Shown here piece by piece: positions 37,758-51,070 of a stretch of 64,000 nt of DNA. The notes under the pieces were generated by a model that was not told the origin of the DNA, searched no databases, and saw only the letters and a list, made by a program, of their open reading frames with translations. The stretch covers positions 498,001 to 562,000 of the forward strand of contig MU053365.1 in NCBI GenBank assembly GCA_013239625.1, in the 5' to 3' direction. The position numbers and the translations under genes are program-made. Position 1 is the stretch's first letter. The number at the start of each line of letters is the position of its first letter. Source of the DNA: Lama guanicoe (Eukaryota).

Positions 37758-38110
37758 CAGAAAGACAAATATCAGATGATATCACTTATATGTGGAATCT
37801 AAAAAAATGATCCAAATGAACTTATTTACAAAACAGAAAGAGACTCACAGACATAGAAAACAAACATGGTTACCAGAGGGTAAGTGGGGGAGAGATGACT
37901 TGGGAGTTCAGGATTAGCAGATACACACTACTATATATAAAATAGATAAACAGCAAGGTCCTACTGTACAGCACAGGGGACTATAGTCAATACCTTGTAA
38001 TAGCCTATAATGGAAAAGAATCTCAAAAACAATATATATGTATAAATAACTGAATCACTTTGCTGTCCACCTGAAACATTTTAAATCAACCACACTTCAA
38101 TTTAAATAAA
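37758..38110 (+). mobile_element. 5'-truncated LINE-1 3' end
   Basis: agaaagacaaatatcagatgatatcacttatatgtggaatct...aaggtcctactgtacagcacaggg...ataactgaatcactttgctgt...cttcaatttaaataaa. Confidence 0.92.
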
Positions 38111-40424
38111 TTGTCCCAAGTGGAAAATATCCACTGCATCCCCACTATGCACAGTACAACGCACTAAGCATTCTGGGAGCTTCAGTAGATGGTAAAGACT
38201 AAATTTCCACAAAGAACATATGCTTGAGATAAGAGTCGACAAGATGATATACCAATAAGTAGTAATGACAGTGCAACTTAGCACATATTTTCTGATCCTT
38301 GAATCAGGCACAGGGACAGAAGGAGGATTTTAATTCGGGGATGACATGACTGAGATGGCCAAATATGGGGATGTCCAGACCATCTAGTTGGGGAGAATGA
38401 ATGCATTTATTTCAAATCAGGATTCTTCTAGAAATCTCAGATTATGTAGTGACACTACTTTTAAAAAGACAGATGAACAGCTTTGACAATAAGTGTAATA
38501 GGAAGTTGCAAAAGAGAAGACTGTCCATGGCTCTGGTGTGGTCAGGCAAGACTTGACTTTAACTTTGAATAAGAGAAAAGATTCATATAGGTAGTGACTA
38601 TGACACTGTATGACTTTGTACAAGTCAGTTTCTCTAGTTATAAAAGCAAGGGGTTGGCCCAGGATCAAGTCTCTAAAGCAACTCCAAGCTGTTGAAATGA
38701 GTCTATCAATCTTGTGGTCCAAAGCAAATTAATTTCAAAACTTCCACTTGTGTTCACCAGCTGATTTCTAATTGAAATAAATCTCCAACTGAAAATGAAA
38801 GGCAATACATTTCACAAGTAGAAAGCCTGCGTGATCTACAGAAGGAGAAATGGCAAGCCATCCCAACGGGTATTTTCAAAATGGAAGCCGGTAACATGCT
38901 TCATGACTTCAGTGGAAACATCAAAATGTGGACAACTCCACTTCTCATATCAGGGAGACCACAATGACAATTAGATGTCATTTTCAAAAATAACATGTTG
39001 GCCCCAAAGCCAAAGTGCCTCAATCTTGTGAGAGCTTCTTGTAGCATTAGAAGTCCTTGCTAAACGGCAGTGAAAATATAATCTATACTTGGCTAAGTCC
39101 ATACACTTGAAGCCAAAACATGTAGAAATGGCTCTTTTTGAAAAGATTATTTTGAAAAACCCCATAGTAGTTCCTAAATCTTCTTATTTTAATCAAGATT
39201 TGGGAATGTACTGAGACCACCAGACATCAGTGTGCTTGTGACCTTTTCAACTGTCAGACCAGACAGATTTTTATCTTATGCGAATCAACCCAAAGCCTCA
39301 AAGGTGTAGTGCCAGAGCATGAATCCATTTCACTAGACAGTCATTGAAATTATAATTCAAAGTTCAACTTACTTTCGAATTTTCTACTGTAATACTTTTG
39401 GCAGCCCAGGGCAGAAAGTCGAAACCTGGTTTCCAATGGAGACCACTTCCAGTGGCTTCTGAATGTTGGCAGCAAGAATTCCTTCTTGTCAAAGCAATCA
39501 GCAGTCCCTGGCTTTCATTAATTTACTTTCAATGACTGCTGCTCACTCTTAGGAAGCCTTTCTTTACCTAAGGATGTTGACCTGCTGTTGGACCCCATCA
39601 GAAACAGACGTGAAGAGACACTGATATATGAGGAGATTGGGAATTTCCCGCCAGTGGCCTTCACAGACTCCACAACTCCCATTTATTCTCACGGAGGCCA
39701 TGAGCACAAAAAACAAGATTTGTGGTGAGGCCACAGAGCTGGAATCTATAAAAGCTCCCAACACAGGATAAATAAACTCACCAATATATATTACACTATA
39801 AAGTGTTATTTGAAGATCTTTAGAATCAGTTTGAAGGTCTTTCTTCATTCAAATGGATTGGGACTTTTAAAATCTAAAATAATATACCAATTTACATGAT
39901 GCAATTATTAATACTTAGCGTGCATATTGTTGGGTACCCAAAAGGCTCTGGGCTGAGAGCATGCTGTAAACAAAGTTATTATGCTAACACTAATCTTGAA
40001 ATTATTTAGCCAAGCACTTAGGTATCCTTATAAAATACATTTCATTAATTTCTAAATGTTTTGCCTTTGTTTTACAAGCTGTGCTTGAAAGGAAAGCATG
40101 GAACTTATCAGGGTGCTACAAGGTTTTCAAGCAGCATCTAACATCTATTTTGTCAAGATAAGCTTTCCAATTAGCATTTTCAAGATTCTCAGTTTCTCTT
40201 CTCTATAAATGATTATCTAACCCCAAGTGAGATCTCCTAAATCCTTAATGTGAAGATATTAACCCCTTAGTTGAAAACTTGAAGAACGGCACCCTGGTGG
40301 CATATAAAAACAAAAGGGAATGAGGCCATTTATATGAAGGTGATATTAAGAATATCTTCTGCTATTACTGCTACTAAGACCAAGGCTCCTACAAATAATT
40401 CCTCGAAAGTTTAGTCCTTGCTGG

Positions 40425-40630
40425 GTTGCAAAGCCCTTTCACATCCTCTCTGCTCCCCACCTCCCTGTATAATTTGTTCCTCACAACAACCCTGTAAAGT
40501 AGGCAAAAAAGATAGAATTAACTGCATTTTAAAGATGAAAAATAATCTGAGGCTTCAAAAGGTTACATGAGTTGTCTGAGGTTTTATGGCTACTTAGCGG
40601 TGAAGACAAGCCCCTGGGTTTTCAGCTCCC
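40425..40630 (-). mobile_element. MIR
   Basis: tcctcacaacaaccctgtaaagtagg...cattttaaagatga...ctgaggct. Confidence 0.7.
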
Positions 40631-41624
40631 TAATCTATCCTGTCTTCCACAATTTCATGTTCCTGGTCTGTAAACATGGACTTACAGAGTGCCCACTAAA
40701 GCCCAAGGAATTCAGAAGCCAAGTTCATGAAGGTTCCCCTCTAAGACGAGGGCATACTTATTTCCAGCCTAGGGCAAGTGATGTCATCACCAATCCTAAA
40801 CTATCAACATACAAGGCAGAAAATCTTGATGGTCTAAAATGAGACTTACAAACGTTGAGAAGTTAAGAGAGGAGGAGGAGGAGCTTCTTGAAGGAACATC
40901 ACCTATACGATCATGACTCAGAATCTGGGCTTTGAAGAGCACCTACTATTGTCAATGGTAGACCAACTCTTTCCCCCAGCCAGGCCTCCACAGTTGCTAA
41001 GCCCCAAGGACTCAGGTTCAACACTGAGGCCAGCATCTTGCTACTCCAATACTTGACTCCTCCTTTAGTTTTTGTCTCTTGGCCATTTTACATCCAACTG
41101 AGGGAAATTCCTACAGGTTCTTTGGCCGTCCAAATATGCCATGAAAACTGTCCTCCCATGACCATCTGCAGTCAGCGTTGCTTTGAAGAGTCATGAATTG
41201 GTGTTGAAATGAGCTTACCAGCACCAGGCCAAGGCTGGGATGAAGAAAGACTCTTCCTCCTTTGAGTGCTCCCTTCAAGGAACGGGGAAGCAGCCAAACA
41301 GAGCTGGCAGGGGCAACCCTTCCATCTTGGGAAATTTGGTTACTTAGAGTCAGATGGGTACTCTGAAAAAGGACTGCCCCTGACAACCATTCCAGGTAGA
41401 TAGAGGCCTTTGGCTTAAAGCATTAAAGCTCTGACCATGATCTACTAAATTTGCTGGAGGGCAGAGAGGAGAGGGACCGGGTAAGAAATGAAATAACTCT
41501 CTGATGATACATGTGCCATCTGTCACATGCAAAGCTAATTCTACTGGTTCATTCTCAATGGAATGCTTTTCAGTTGCTTGTCCAGTAATGGATACATTCA
41601 TCTCCTGCTAGACTCTTGACAGAG

Positions 41625-41795
41625 AAAGGGCCCTGGAGGTGATACACTCCAACCTTCTAATGTGCAGCCCGCTTTAAACAATGAGGACGAATGAAGTGCA
41701 GAAAGGTGAAATGATTTGCCCAAAGTCACACAGCCATGTGAATGGGAAACCTGGGACTGAACTCTGGTCCATCTGGCTGAAAAAAGCTGAGTTTT
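41625..41795 (-). mobile_element. MIR
   Basis: atgaggac...agaaaggtgaaatgatttgcccaaagtcacacagc...ctgggactgaac. Confidence 0.75.
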
Positions 41796-43004
41796 TTCAG
41801 TCGTATTATAGAACCACTGCTTCCATAACTCCCACAACAGGGGACTCATTATTTCCTGATTCCACTGGATTCCATTCAATTTTTTTCAATTTAATTAGGC
41901 AACTCAAGAAGCCCTAACCAACTTCTTCTACTGGAAGACCTAATAGAGCTATCTACACAGTCCCCTCTGTGTTCTGCTGGGAAATAAAGGGAGGGGGGTT
42001 GTGCCCTACCTTACCTCTGAAGGCAGTATCTAAATGGAACATCTCTTTGAAAAAGTTTAAATAGTGTGATGACATGGTGACTATTAAGACTGTGATGAAA
42101 AGATGTCTGAGAAAGCAGTGGGCAAGCAAGAACAGAAGCCACAGAAAAGGCTGGATCATCAGGAAGTCAGAATCCACCTTTGCCTTGAGCCAGGTATGTT
42201 AGGCAACAGGCTGGATGGAGCGCCTATTTAGATTCTTTGGCTGTAGAGCATGGTGAGGTTCACTGGGATGTGTGGGTCATGGTCATTGCCTGGGCTTCCA
42301 TAGCACCAGGTTCACAGTCTAAACAACTGAGACAATCAAAGCAAGGAGACAAAGACAAAGCTAGCAAATTGGAAGTATTGAGAAGAGAAGGTTGGATGAT
42401 GAATAAACCCATACTGTAAATTAGGATTTAAGTACAGAAAATAATCAGACTTGTTAATTTCTGGAGATACAGGCATTGGAGCAGCTGCAAACGTCCCCAC
42501 TTCTGTAAAGATCCATCCCTGACTCCTTTCTAATGGTGATTATTTCAAAAGTGAAATTTGGCACATCATTGAGAGATGTTTCTGAAAGCTTAGGCAGTTT
42601 CCTGTCTCCTTCCTTTGTTTTCCTTGCCTATGCAGTTTCACTAATGCAGTCCCAACATCCATCCCTTAAATGGAAGAGCCACACCAAAGGGGAAATGATC
42701 AGTTTTAACGGGGCCCCCCAATTACACATTGTGGTATATGCCATCATCCAGCCCATGGCCTAACAGCAACCTCCAGGCCTAGTCCATCTAGACTCTTGAG
42801 TGAACACTTGGTGGCAGCTGCCCTCAAGGCACACTGAACACGACAATGCAGACCACTCCAGCACTGGCATTTTACGCCATTATTTTCACAGCTGAATGCT
42901 TAGCATCCTGAGTTAAAAGTAAGGTGCAAAAATGAAAACTACGTGTCAACAAGGCCTTTTGTTGTTATAGCTGTAGTGTTAAACTAGGCTATTGTTTACA
43001 GAAA

Positions 43005-43215
43005 TGCTAGTTGAGCATTTAAGATGGGCCAGGCCTATCCAGCCCACTTAATCTCCATGACAACCCTATGGTGTAGGAATTATTATCCCTATTTTATAAA
43101 TGATGAAAGTGAGGTTCAGAGAGGTGAAGTAATTTGCCCAGAGGTCACACAGTTAATACGTGATAAGGCCAAGAAAGGAAACCATGTCTCTATGACTTCA
43201 CACCCATGTTTTTAT
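43005..43215 (-). mobile_element. MIR
   Basis: ttaatctccatgacaaccctatggtgtagg...cctattttataaatgatgaaagtgaggttcagagaggtgaagtaatttgccca. Confidence 0.85.
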
Positions 43216-46044
43216 CCATTGTATAAGAAGACTGGCTCCCAATTATATTATCCAAAAGTAAGTATGCAGTACCCCCTATAGTACGTGGTGCTATACTATT
43301 TTCACTTTGCAAAACGCTTGTCAGGCCAGTATAACATAATGTAGTGAACCTGAAAATACAAGCTGGAGTTCGTTGAGGCTGATTTTCCCATTGTTCTGAG
43401 GAATATAAGGTTGTATATACACCCAGCTCCTTAGGATAAACAAGGCATCACGATTATTTCTTTGCACTCACAGCTACTACAGCCAGTGCAATTACCTCGA
43501 AGTAATCTACACGAAGCACAGTGCAGAGCTCGGTGGGCTATTTCATGAGATCTCAAAGAGAAACTGATTAAAATGGCCATGAGAGAATTTGCTGCCATTT
43601 TTCATTCTATATAACAAACTAAGTCAAACTAGAAGGTAAGATGATGTTGAGATTGTTGAATACAGACAAGTAATTCAGGAGTGAGCATTGCAAAAAAGAT
43701 TTAATTGACCTGCTGTGGGTTTCTGTAATTGAAACTTCAGTGTTTGGTCTCTGCAAATGTGAAATATGTATGTGAGAATGTATACAGAGTAAACATATGT
43801 CAACCCACAACTGATAATCTAGTGGCCAAATGGGTCCTCTTTAAGAGAATTTCTAAGCCTAACTTTTCAAAGGCTACATTTCTCACAAGTTCCCTCTAAT
43901 GGGTTCACTACTGGTTTGTTTGATGTAGTTGGCTCTAATCAGTGAAAACCTATTCTTTGCAGTATTATCATCACCCAAAGCTTACAAAGTGAAGAGACCT
44001 TATAGTCCAATCATGTTTGAAATGCTTCTTTGACCTTGATCTTGGCCGAGTTGATCCTTTGACAACTAGTTCCACTGCTGGGTCAATTCAAAATATCAAC
44101 AGACTTGTATATCCATCTCTGTTTCCAGAGCTCTAGGTTGGACAACCAATGTGTCTCATAATGGCCCTGCCTAATTCTACCAGCAATAGAGGGGCATTTA
44201 AAAATGCATGGTTTACTGTGGGAGGAGAGGGGAGGCCAACGGGAAAGGACACTGCAGCTGACGTTCCAGGACCCTGGTCTACTTTCCTCTCTAGATCTCC
44301 CTTAAGTTCTTCATCTATGAAACGAAGAGACTCTGGAAGAGCAGGTACCTCCAATTCTGCAAAGCTTCCCAAACTAAGATTGTGACTGGTGAGCAAATAG
44401 GTGGACGATGCTGATAAGAAGACTGAGAGTAAGTCACTTTATAATCGTCTACAAGTAATGATTCCTTCTGGGGGGCATGCTACGCTTTCCTCCAGAACAC
44501 TCCATGAGGTTAGACTCTTAGACCTTCATTTTGTCAAGGCCACTTTGATAGCCCCCAAATACGTCATTGGAACCATCCTTCACTATGCTGGTGGTTGGGG
44601 GTCCTTTTTCATCAAGTGGCATTTATCTGGCTGTGTGCCGTTGGTGACTTACCTCTGTTCTCTGGGCCAAAGTCTCCTCCCTATGAAATGAAAGCGTCTG
44701 ATTCTCTCTGTGGTCTCTTCGGGCTCCTTACTATACAGGAGCCTATATAACCATGATTCTTAAGGCCTCATGAAGTTTTATGGTGAAATCATCACTTTTG
44801 GCAAAAGCCAGTATTTCTGTCCTAAGGCAGGGGACACAGATTCTGTTCGAATGGTGGTATGATCAGCTAGTGGGAAAATAAATGGGGCCCGAGAAAACTC
44901 AAACCCACCATCCTTTCACCACATCAAGTTCCCCGTCATTTCCTGGGGTCTAGATAAGGACTGCAGGGCTAGTCTTCACTGTCTGAGATAAGGCATGTGC
45001 AGATATTTTATAACATTGACAGACTGCATCTCTGTTAGAGGCAACATGTTCTGAGGGTACGCTTCAAAGCAATTTAAAACCAAATAACAATCATTTCAAA
45101 AGAAGACAGAAAATCATATTCTTCAGTAGTTCTGGCAGGAAATATACCATCACAGCTACTAAATTCAGAGAGAAATTAATGCCTTCCGGGAGTGTCATTT
45201 CTCTCTTTAGAACATATTCAAGTGGGCGTCATTTAGTTCAGCCTTTTTTGTAAACATGCAGTCACTTGTATACATGGGCACAATAATCTGGGCAAACATA
45301 CACAGGCCACACAAGCAACGCTTGCGAACGATGCTCATAAATTGTTTTAATATGTTAAAAAAAAAAAACAGAGTAAACATAGCAGCTTAAAACCTGAAAC
45401 AGATGTAAATCAGTTTTTAAAAACCCAACCAAGTAAGAGGTGAGCTGTTTACTCTGAGAGGCCCTCCCGGCCCTGCCATCGCAGAACCAGCCCTCAGTCT
45501 GCAGGAACTGATGGGAGTTACTGTGAGCAGGGCAGCAGCTGAAACAAAGAGGGCCTCATTACCATGCGAAGCACAACATCCTTCAGATGTGATGAGAAAC
45601 GTGACTGAATGACAAACTGGGCCTGGGGAAATTTCAAAATATGACCACCCAAGCATACAGAAGAGGGGGGCTGTGGGCGGCGAGGACCGGCGAGCACCGG
45701 CGCAGGACAGTGGGAAGGTGGGTCAACTCAGCCCAGAGAAAGCTGGTTGAGGCCCCCAGTAGCAACAGCCCTGGCCCCTGGGACCGGCAATCATGCAGAT
45801 TTTATATTCACAGGGATTCAGACAGACACAGTTTTCGAGACGTGGCTTTGTGGAACTGCTGAAAACAGAAAACCTAATGGAAAGAACAGCGTTCATGCTT
45901 CCTTTTTATTGCATTAGGCCATTTGGTATGCATTTTAATACACAGTTCTATACTGCTTTGGAGTGAGAATGAACCCAGTGGCCGCCTGTGGATAATTCTG
46001 ACAAAAGAGAAATAATCACTAAACTCTCCCCAGCCCTGCCTCAC

Positions 46045-46189
46045 CCAAAATGATTTTTCCATGATATCTAAGCCAGTTAGGATGTGCTGGCAGGGGCACT
46101 GAAGCTGTGCTTGCTAGACAGAGAGACATCAACTTGTAGACAACAGCGGTGATGGCTGAGCCATCCACTAAGAAGGCTCACATCAGAAC
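46045..46189 (-). other. Candidate 145-nt exon (non-coding or start-codon exon)
   Basis: Acceptor ctttgttcattttcagcttccag|G and donor TGG|gtgagg. All three frames contain stops; a terminal ATG at 46062 opens MEKSFW up to the donor. Confidence 0.25.
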
Positions 46190-46904
46190 CTGGAAGCTGA
46201 AAATGAACAAAGTACCCTTTACAAAAATAGGGAGTTTCTTCTTCCACCAAATGTGCTATGATATCTTTCAAGGTGTCTGCTACCGTTGTGGAAGGACAAG
46301 ATCACTGAGAAAGAGAGTTTGCAGGTTCCTCTGCTCAGATCAATACGACTCCTCAGCTCCAGAGTCTCTTTATTGATGACAACCTTTTTCATTGTAGTGA
46401 TTAGAGACTGCAGCTTTTAATCACCTTCAACATGACAACTACACGTATCTATAGCTCTGTGATTTCCAGCAATTGACACAGTGTTAAAAATCAGTGATTA
46501 TGAGGTTGGCTTTTGGGTGTTACTGATTTTCCGATCTATTTCAACCAAACAGCAAATAATGCACATTAAGCCACTGTTGCAATGTTGAGACAAGCAGGCA
46601 AAAGGAAATCTGGATTCGATTTTGATACACTTATGCTAATGAACTGAAATTATAATGAAGACCAATGTCAATGTGGACTTCCAATTTTCCTAGCCTCAAA
46701 ACAAGTGCCTGTCTTCTGCTTCTTAACTATTGGATGCTGTAGCCAATCTATGATACATTGTTGTTATTAGAAGGTATTTTTTTGGTTACAAATTGACATA
46801 TTTATGAAATTTAGTAGACAGATTTCAGTTGGGGGTGATCATGAAACTGGCTTTGCCTATCCACAAATTAAATACCATGTCTCAAGGAGGCAACTTGGGC
46901 TGCT

Positions 46905-46908
<4 letters not shown>

Positions 46909-46936
<28 letters not shown>
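46909..46936. repeat. (CA)14 microsatellite
   Basis: Perfect CA run. Confidence 0.95.
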
Positions 46937-46938
<2 letters not shown>

Positions 46939-47492
46939 GCCACAGTGTTGCCTGTTGTTCAAAAATTAGTTCAGAAAGCTAACTTTTCACACCTCCATTC
47001 TAAACCACTGGCCAAATTTCTTTCCATTCCACAGGTACTGGGCATAAAACCAAGAAATGCACTGAAAAACAGACCACCTTAACAAAGAAGTTAAAAACCA
47101 AATTCTGGCTAACAGTTGTGACTAGACACCTAGGTTTCAGTCACTCTTCCTTTTTTTTATTCATTATTTCATCCATACATATTTCATCCATTTATTCAGT
47201 AAACATTTGCGAGTAATAAGTACCCTTTACTGAGTATCTATTATGCCGAGGTACCTGCTATATATACATATACATGCTCGCAGTGCCCATGAAGTAGCAA
47301 TTTAGAGAGGGAATTAGACTTGGACTGGCTAACTGGCCCATGAGTAGAGAGACGTGAGATCAGAACCCAGGCCTGTTGGTTTCCAGCACATCAGGCCCAT
47401 GGCTTCCCCTACCATAGTCCAGGCACGGCACTAGACAATGCTGTAGGAGCTTCAAAGGCATAGAAAACACAGGCCATATCATTAATGATCAT

Positions 47493-47904
47493 TGCTATGG
47501 GTTGAATTGTGTCCCCTCCCCAATTCATGTTGGAGTTCTAGCCCTCAGGACCTCAGGATGTGACCTTATTTAGTGATAGGGTCTTGTCAGATATCATCCA
47601 ATTAAAATCAGATAAATTACAGTGGACCCTGATCCAATATGACTGGCTTCCTTCTAAAAGGAAAATTTGGACAAAGACACGCATAGAGGGAAGACAGTGT
47701 GAAGACAAAGGGAGAAGACAGGCATCCACATGCCAAGGAGACAGGCAAGGGATAGATTCCCCCTCAGAGCTTCCAGAAGGAAGCTACCCTGCCCACACCT
47801 GCATCTCAGACTTCCAGCCTGCAGGCTGGGAGATGGTACATTTCTGTTGTTTCAGCCACCTAGTCTGTGGCACTTTGTTAGGGCAGCCTGAGCAAATTAA
47901 TTCA
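47493..47904 (+). mobile_element. Solo MaLR LTR (MLT1B-like)
   Basis: TG...CA termini: tgctatgggttgaattgtgtcccc...atgtgaccttattt...cagacttccagcct...tttctgttgtttcagccacctagtctgtggcactttgtta...attca. 5-bp TSD atcat / gtcat. Confidence 0.9.
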
Positions 47905-48119
47905 GTCATATAAGCTAGCTGGTGGGATAAGACAACTGCGTGAGTGCCTGCACTGCAAGGCAGTCTATAGAAAGTGACAAAAGGCAGGTATGAACAGTGT
48001 TTAATGGCGGGGGGAGGAGGAAGGGGGCAACAGCGCTGCACAGTTAATTCTCCATATTTACAGATTAAAATGACAACAACAGAAATAATAACAGCAATAA
48101 CAATAATGATAATAAAGAT

Positions 48120-48320
48120 CAAATTACAGCCATGTTTACTAAGTACTTAATATATGCTAGGCACTGTGCTAAATGCCCCAGAAGGATTATCTCATTTAAC
48201 TCGGACAGCAACCCTGTGATGTGAGTTCTGACATCATTATCGCTATGTTCCACTGGGTACCTGCGGAGCCACAGATGGGTGTGAGGGGGGGGTCAATCCT
48301 GTTCCCCACACAGCAGGGAT
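48120..48320 (-). mobile_element. MIR
   Basis: tttactaagtacttaatatatgctaggcactgtgctaaatgc...attatctcatttaa...cagcaaccctgtga. Confidence 0.8.
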
Positions 48321-49154
48321 GCAGAGAGCATCTCTTCTACCAGATCAAGCCCACACCCGGGGTGGGGATTCCCTTGCCCCTAACCTCAATGCCCCGTAAG
48401 AAGGTTCTCCAGTATTGCTCACAGACTGATTTGTCTGATGTGTGGTCCATGTTCCTTTCGGCACTGGGCTCACAAGCCAGTGCTAATTAATTTTTTACAG
48501 CTGACCTGCCTTCCTTATAGCAGAGAGGGTATGTACAGATTCTCCTAAGAGAGCCAGTTCCTTAGAGCTAGGCTTACATACCACAAAGTCAAAATAATAA
48601 ATAGATGTTGATTACTCGAAGGGCCCGAGGTACAGTGTGCACGTGGCACAAGCAGCCTGGGAGTCCGACATTCTGCGTACAAGTGGGTCTCTGGTTATAC
48701 AAGTCTACAAACGACTGTCCCGCACCCCATCCCCCAACTCATCCTCTCTTCCCTCCCTCCCAAGCATACAAGCTCCAGATCATCCCATGCTTATTTGGTG
48801 GCGAGTATTCGTTTTTAATTTTACCAACTGTGTTATGAAACTAACAGATGGTTGTGACAATAACAGAAACCTATAGCTATGCTGACCATATCTTTCCAAA
48901 CCAAAAAGTAGAAATTTTCATCTCAAAGTTCTTTGTTGTGTGTGTGTGTCTGAGAGGGAGGGCGGGAGAGAAGGAGAGAGAGATGGGGTGGGGGACGGAG
49001 GAGGTTGATTATAGCTGCATAGTAATTGTGACCAACTTCATTCAATTATCATATACCTAAAATCGGAGTTCCTTCATATAATATATTTAATTCAATCAAA
49101 GCTCTTCTATAAAATGGGCACTTTGCTAGATGCTAAGACTTGGAGTGTTTGTGG

Positions 49155-49332
49155 AATGGATTCCTAACCTGAGATCCATGAATGGGCTTAATGGGGTCTG
49201 AAAATGTATGGAAAATTCTGTGTGTGTGTGTGTGTGTGTGCACTTACGTGCATTTTCCAGTAAGAGGTTCTGTTATTTTGATCAGATTTTCAAAACATAC
49301 TATAATTCATGAAAAGTTAAAAACTTCTGGTT
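49155..49332. mobile_element. hAT-Charlie MITE (MER103C-like) containing a (TG)11 run
   Basis: ttcctaacctgagatccatgaatgggctt...tgtatggaaaattctgtgtg...gtgcatttt...atcagattttcaaa...aaagttaaaaacttctg. Confidence 0.55.
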
Positions 49333-49889
49333 TATGTGGACAACTGGGCGGAGTATCTGAAATCAGGTCAGTCTTGAAAACTTGAGGGCATATCTGCTGT
49401 ATATCTTCCACAGCGTGAGACACACGCCCAGCTCCTGACCCACAGACACAGAGGACTTCAGCATTTATCAGAATTGTCTTGTGGCCAGGAAGGCTCTTAC
49501 CAGAGCCTTGCACCCAAGCCACAAGTGAAATGAGGCTGAACCAGGCAAAGACGGGAGTGAAAACGTGAAGCAGGAATGCGGCAGGAGTCTCGGCTTTAGT
49601 CCTATGGACATAAACTATCAGAATGTGCCAGAAATCACCTAAATTTCACCTCCCAGGCTGCATCTTATCCTTGAAGTGGCATAAATATCTGGATATTGGG
49701 TTCAGAGAAATACGATTCCTGTAAACATATGGGTGACTGGGAAAGATAGTAATAAAATCCCGGACTAAAAGCTAATCTCAGCAAGCAAGGGAACCATCAG
49801 TGAAAAGATGCGTAGAGCAGCTCCACGAACTAGTTCGTGTGTGACCGTGTGACTGTGACTGTGTGTGTGTGCATCTGTGTGTGTGTGTA

Positions 49890-51070
49890 TGCACGTGCGC
49901 GTGCGCAGGCGCCCTGCCTCTGTTTACCGCGGGGCCGGGACCGAGAGAGGCAACAGCATCCACAGCTGAATTTAGTCAAAGACCTGACTGTTTCCCAGAC
50001 GTATATGCTGCGACTCCTGAGTGAAAGCCATGCCAGATCGACCCCCACTGACGGCCTGTGGCTTTGTGTGTGCCACCCACTTACGTCCGTCTCCGAGAGG
50101 GATGGCCCGTGCAGGGAGACAGGCGGCTGTTCTGGAGCCGCTTCTGCATGTGTAGTCACGGTGCACCTGTACCTAACTGCATTAACAATTAACACAATTA
50201 CAGACACAATTGTGGAATTGCCCCCACTATTTGAATAATTAGTGAGCTAACAACATGATTTGCAGGTGTAATTGAGCAATTATGTACAGTTCCAGAGTGG
50301 AATATGCATATTTAGAGGCTTGGATGAGGCCCATTACTAAATCTTGTTCCAAATGGTCAAATTAATTTTATTATTAGAAGGAATGGTACTCAGCGAGAGC
50401 TAGCTAACCCTTAAGCGCTCTGGCGCTAGGTACCTGGGAACGATTCATCTCCTCAAGGCGTTCCGGGAGGGGCTCAGCGAGCACCGGCGGCCGCGCCAGA
50501 CGCTGCGCCCGCACGCTCTCTCCCGGCCTCCCCGGGCCTGGTGCCTCCCCAGTTTGCTTTTGCCTCTCCTTTTAAATGCCGCCCGCCATTTGCGCCCTCC
50601 CTGCGGCTCTTCCGAACTGAGCTCTTACTCTCTCTCCAGTCTTGGGTTTGGCCACCCAAGAGCTCAGCACTAGAAGCTGAACAAAAACATCACCTCATCT
50701 GCCTCCGGCAAGGAAGAGGCCCGGCGAGGCCGTGGCAGTGACCGTGTGCTGCGACCCACAGCCAGGCCCCGGCGAACAGGGCAAAGCCAGGAGTGACAGC
50801 GCTTTCGGACGCTGACAGTAATGGGTGGCACACCTTCCAAGTTCTCTGGCATTAGGTAAAATGTCCTCAGTCTATTCTGCTCTCCTGTCATCCCCCAGGC
50901 CAAGTGAATGTCTCTTTGGCCACTGAAAAGGACATTCACAAAAGGCTCAGGTTTCAAACATGCACCTTGGCAAAACCAGCGGGCCTCCCATGACGGCTCA
51001 GGAAGAGAGGGGGAGGCCAGAGTGTGCTGGAAACCCATGGAGAGGCCTGCGGCGGCGGCTGCTGCTCGTG
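49890..51070. promoter_or_regulatory. CpG-rich promoter/enhancer-like region (core 50390-50620)
   Basis: About 20 CpGs in ~230 bp by hand count and a NotI site at 50487-50494. On the minus strand a GGGCGG box (50579-50584) directly precedes a TATA-like TTTAAAA (50570-50576). Confidence 0.5.

Noticed and set aside
39570..39592. DVDLLL-coding stretch resembling the MEF2C beta microexon
   Set aside because: There is no GT donor after it and no other MEF2 exons in the window; likely coincidence.
50085..50166. 82-nt internal coding exon (xTVTTHAEAAPEQPPVSLHGPSLSETD)
   Set aside because: The donor is good but the acceptor lacks a pyrimidine tract and the peptide is unrecognised. Kept only as a possible donor in the transcript hypothesis.
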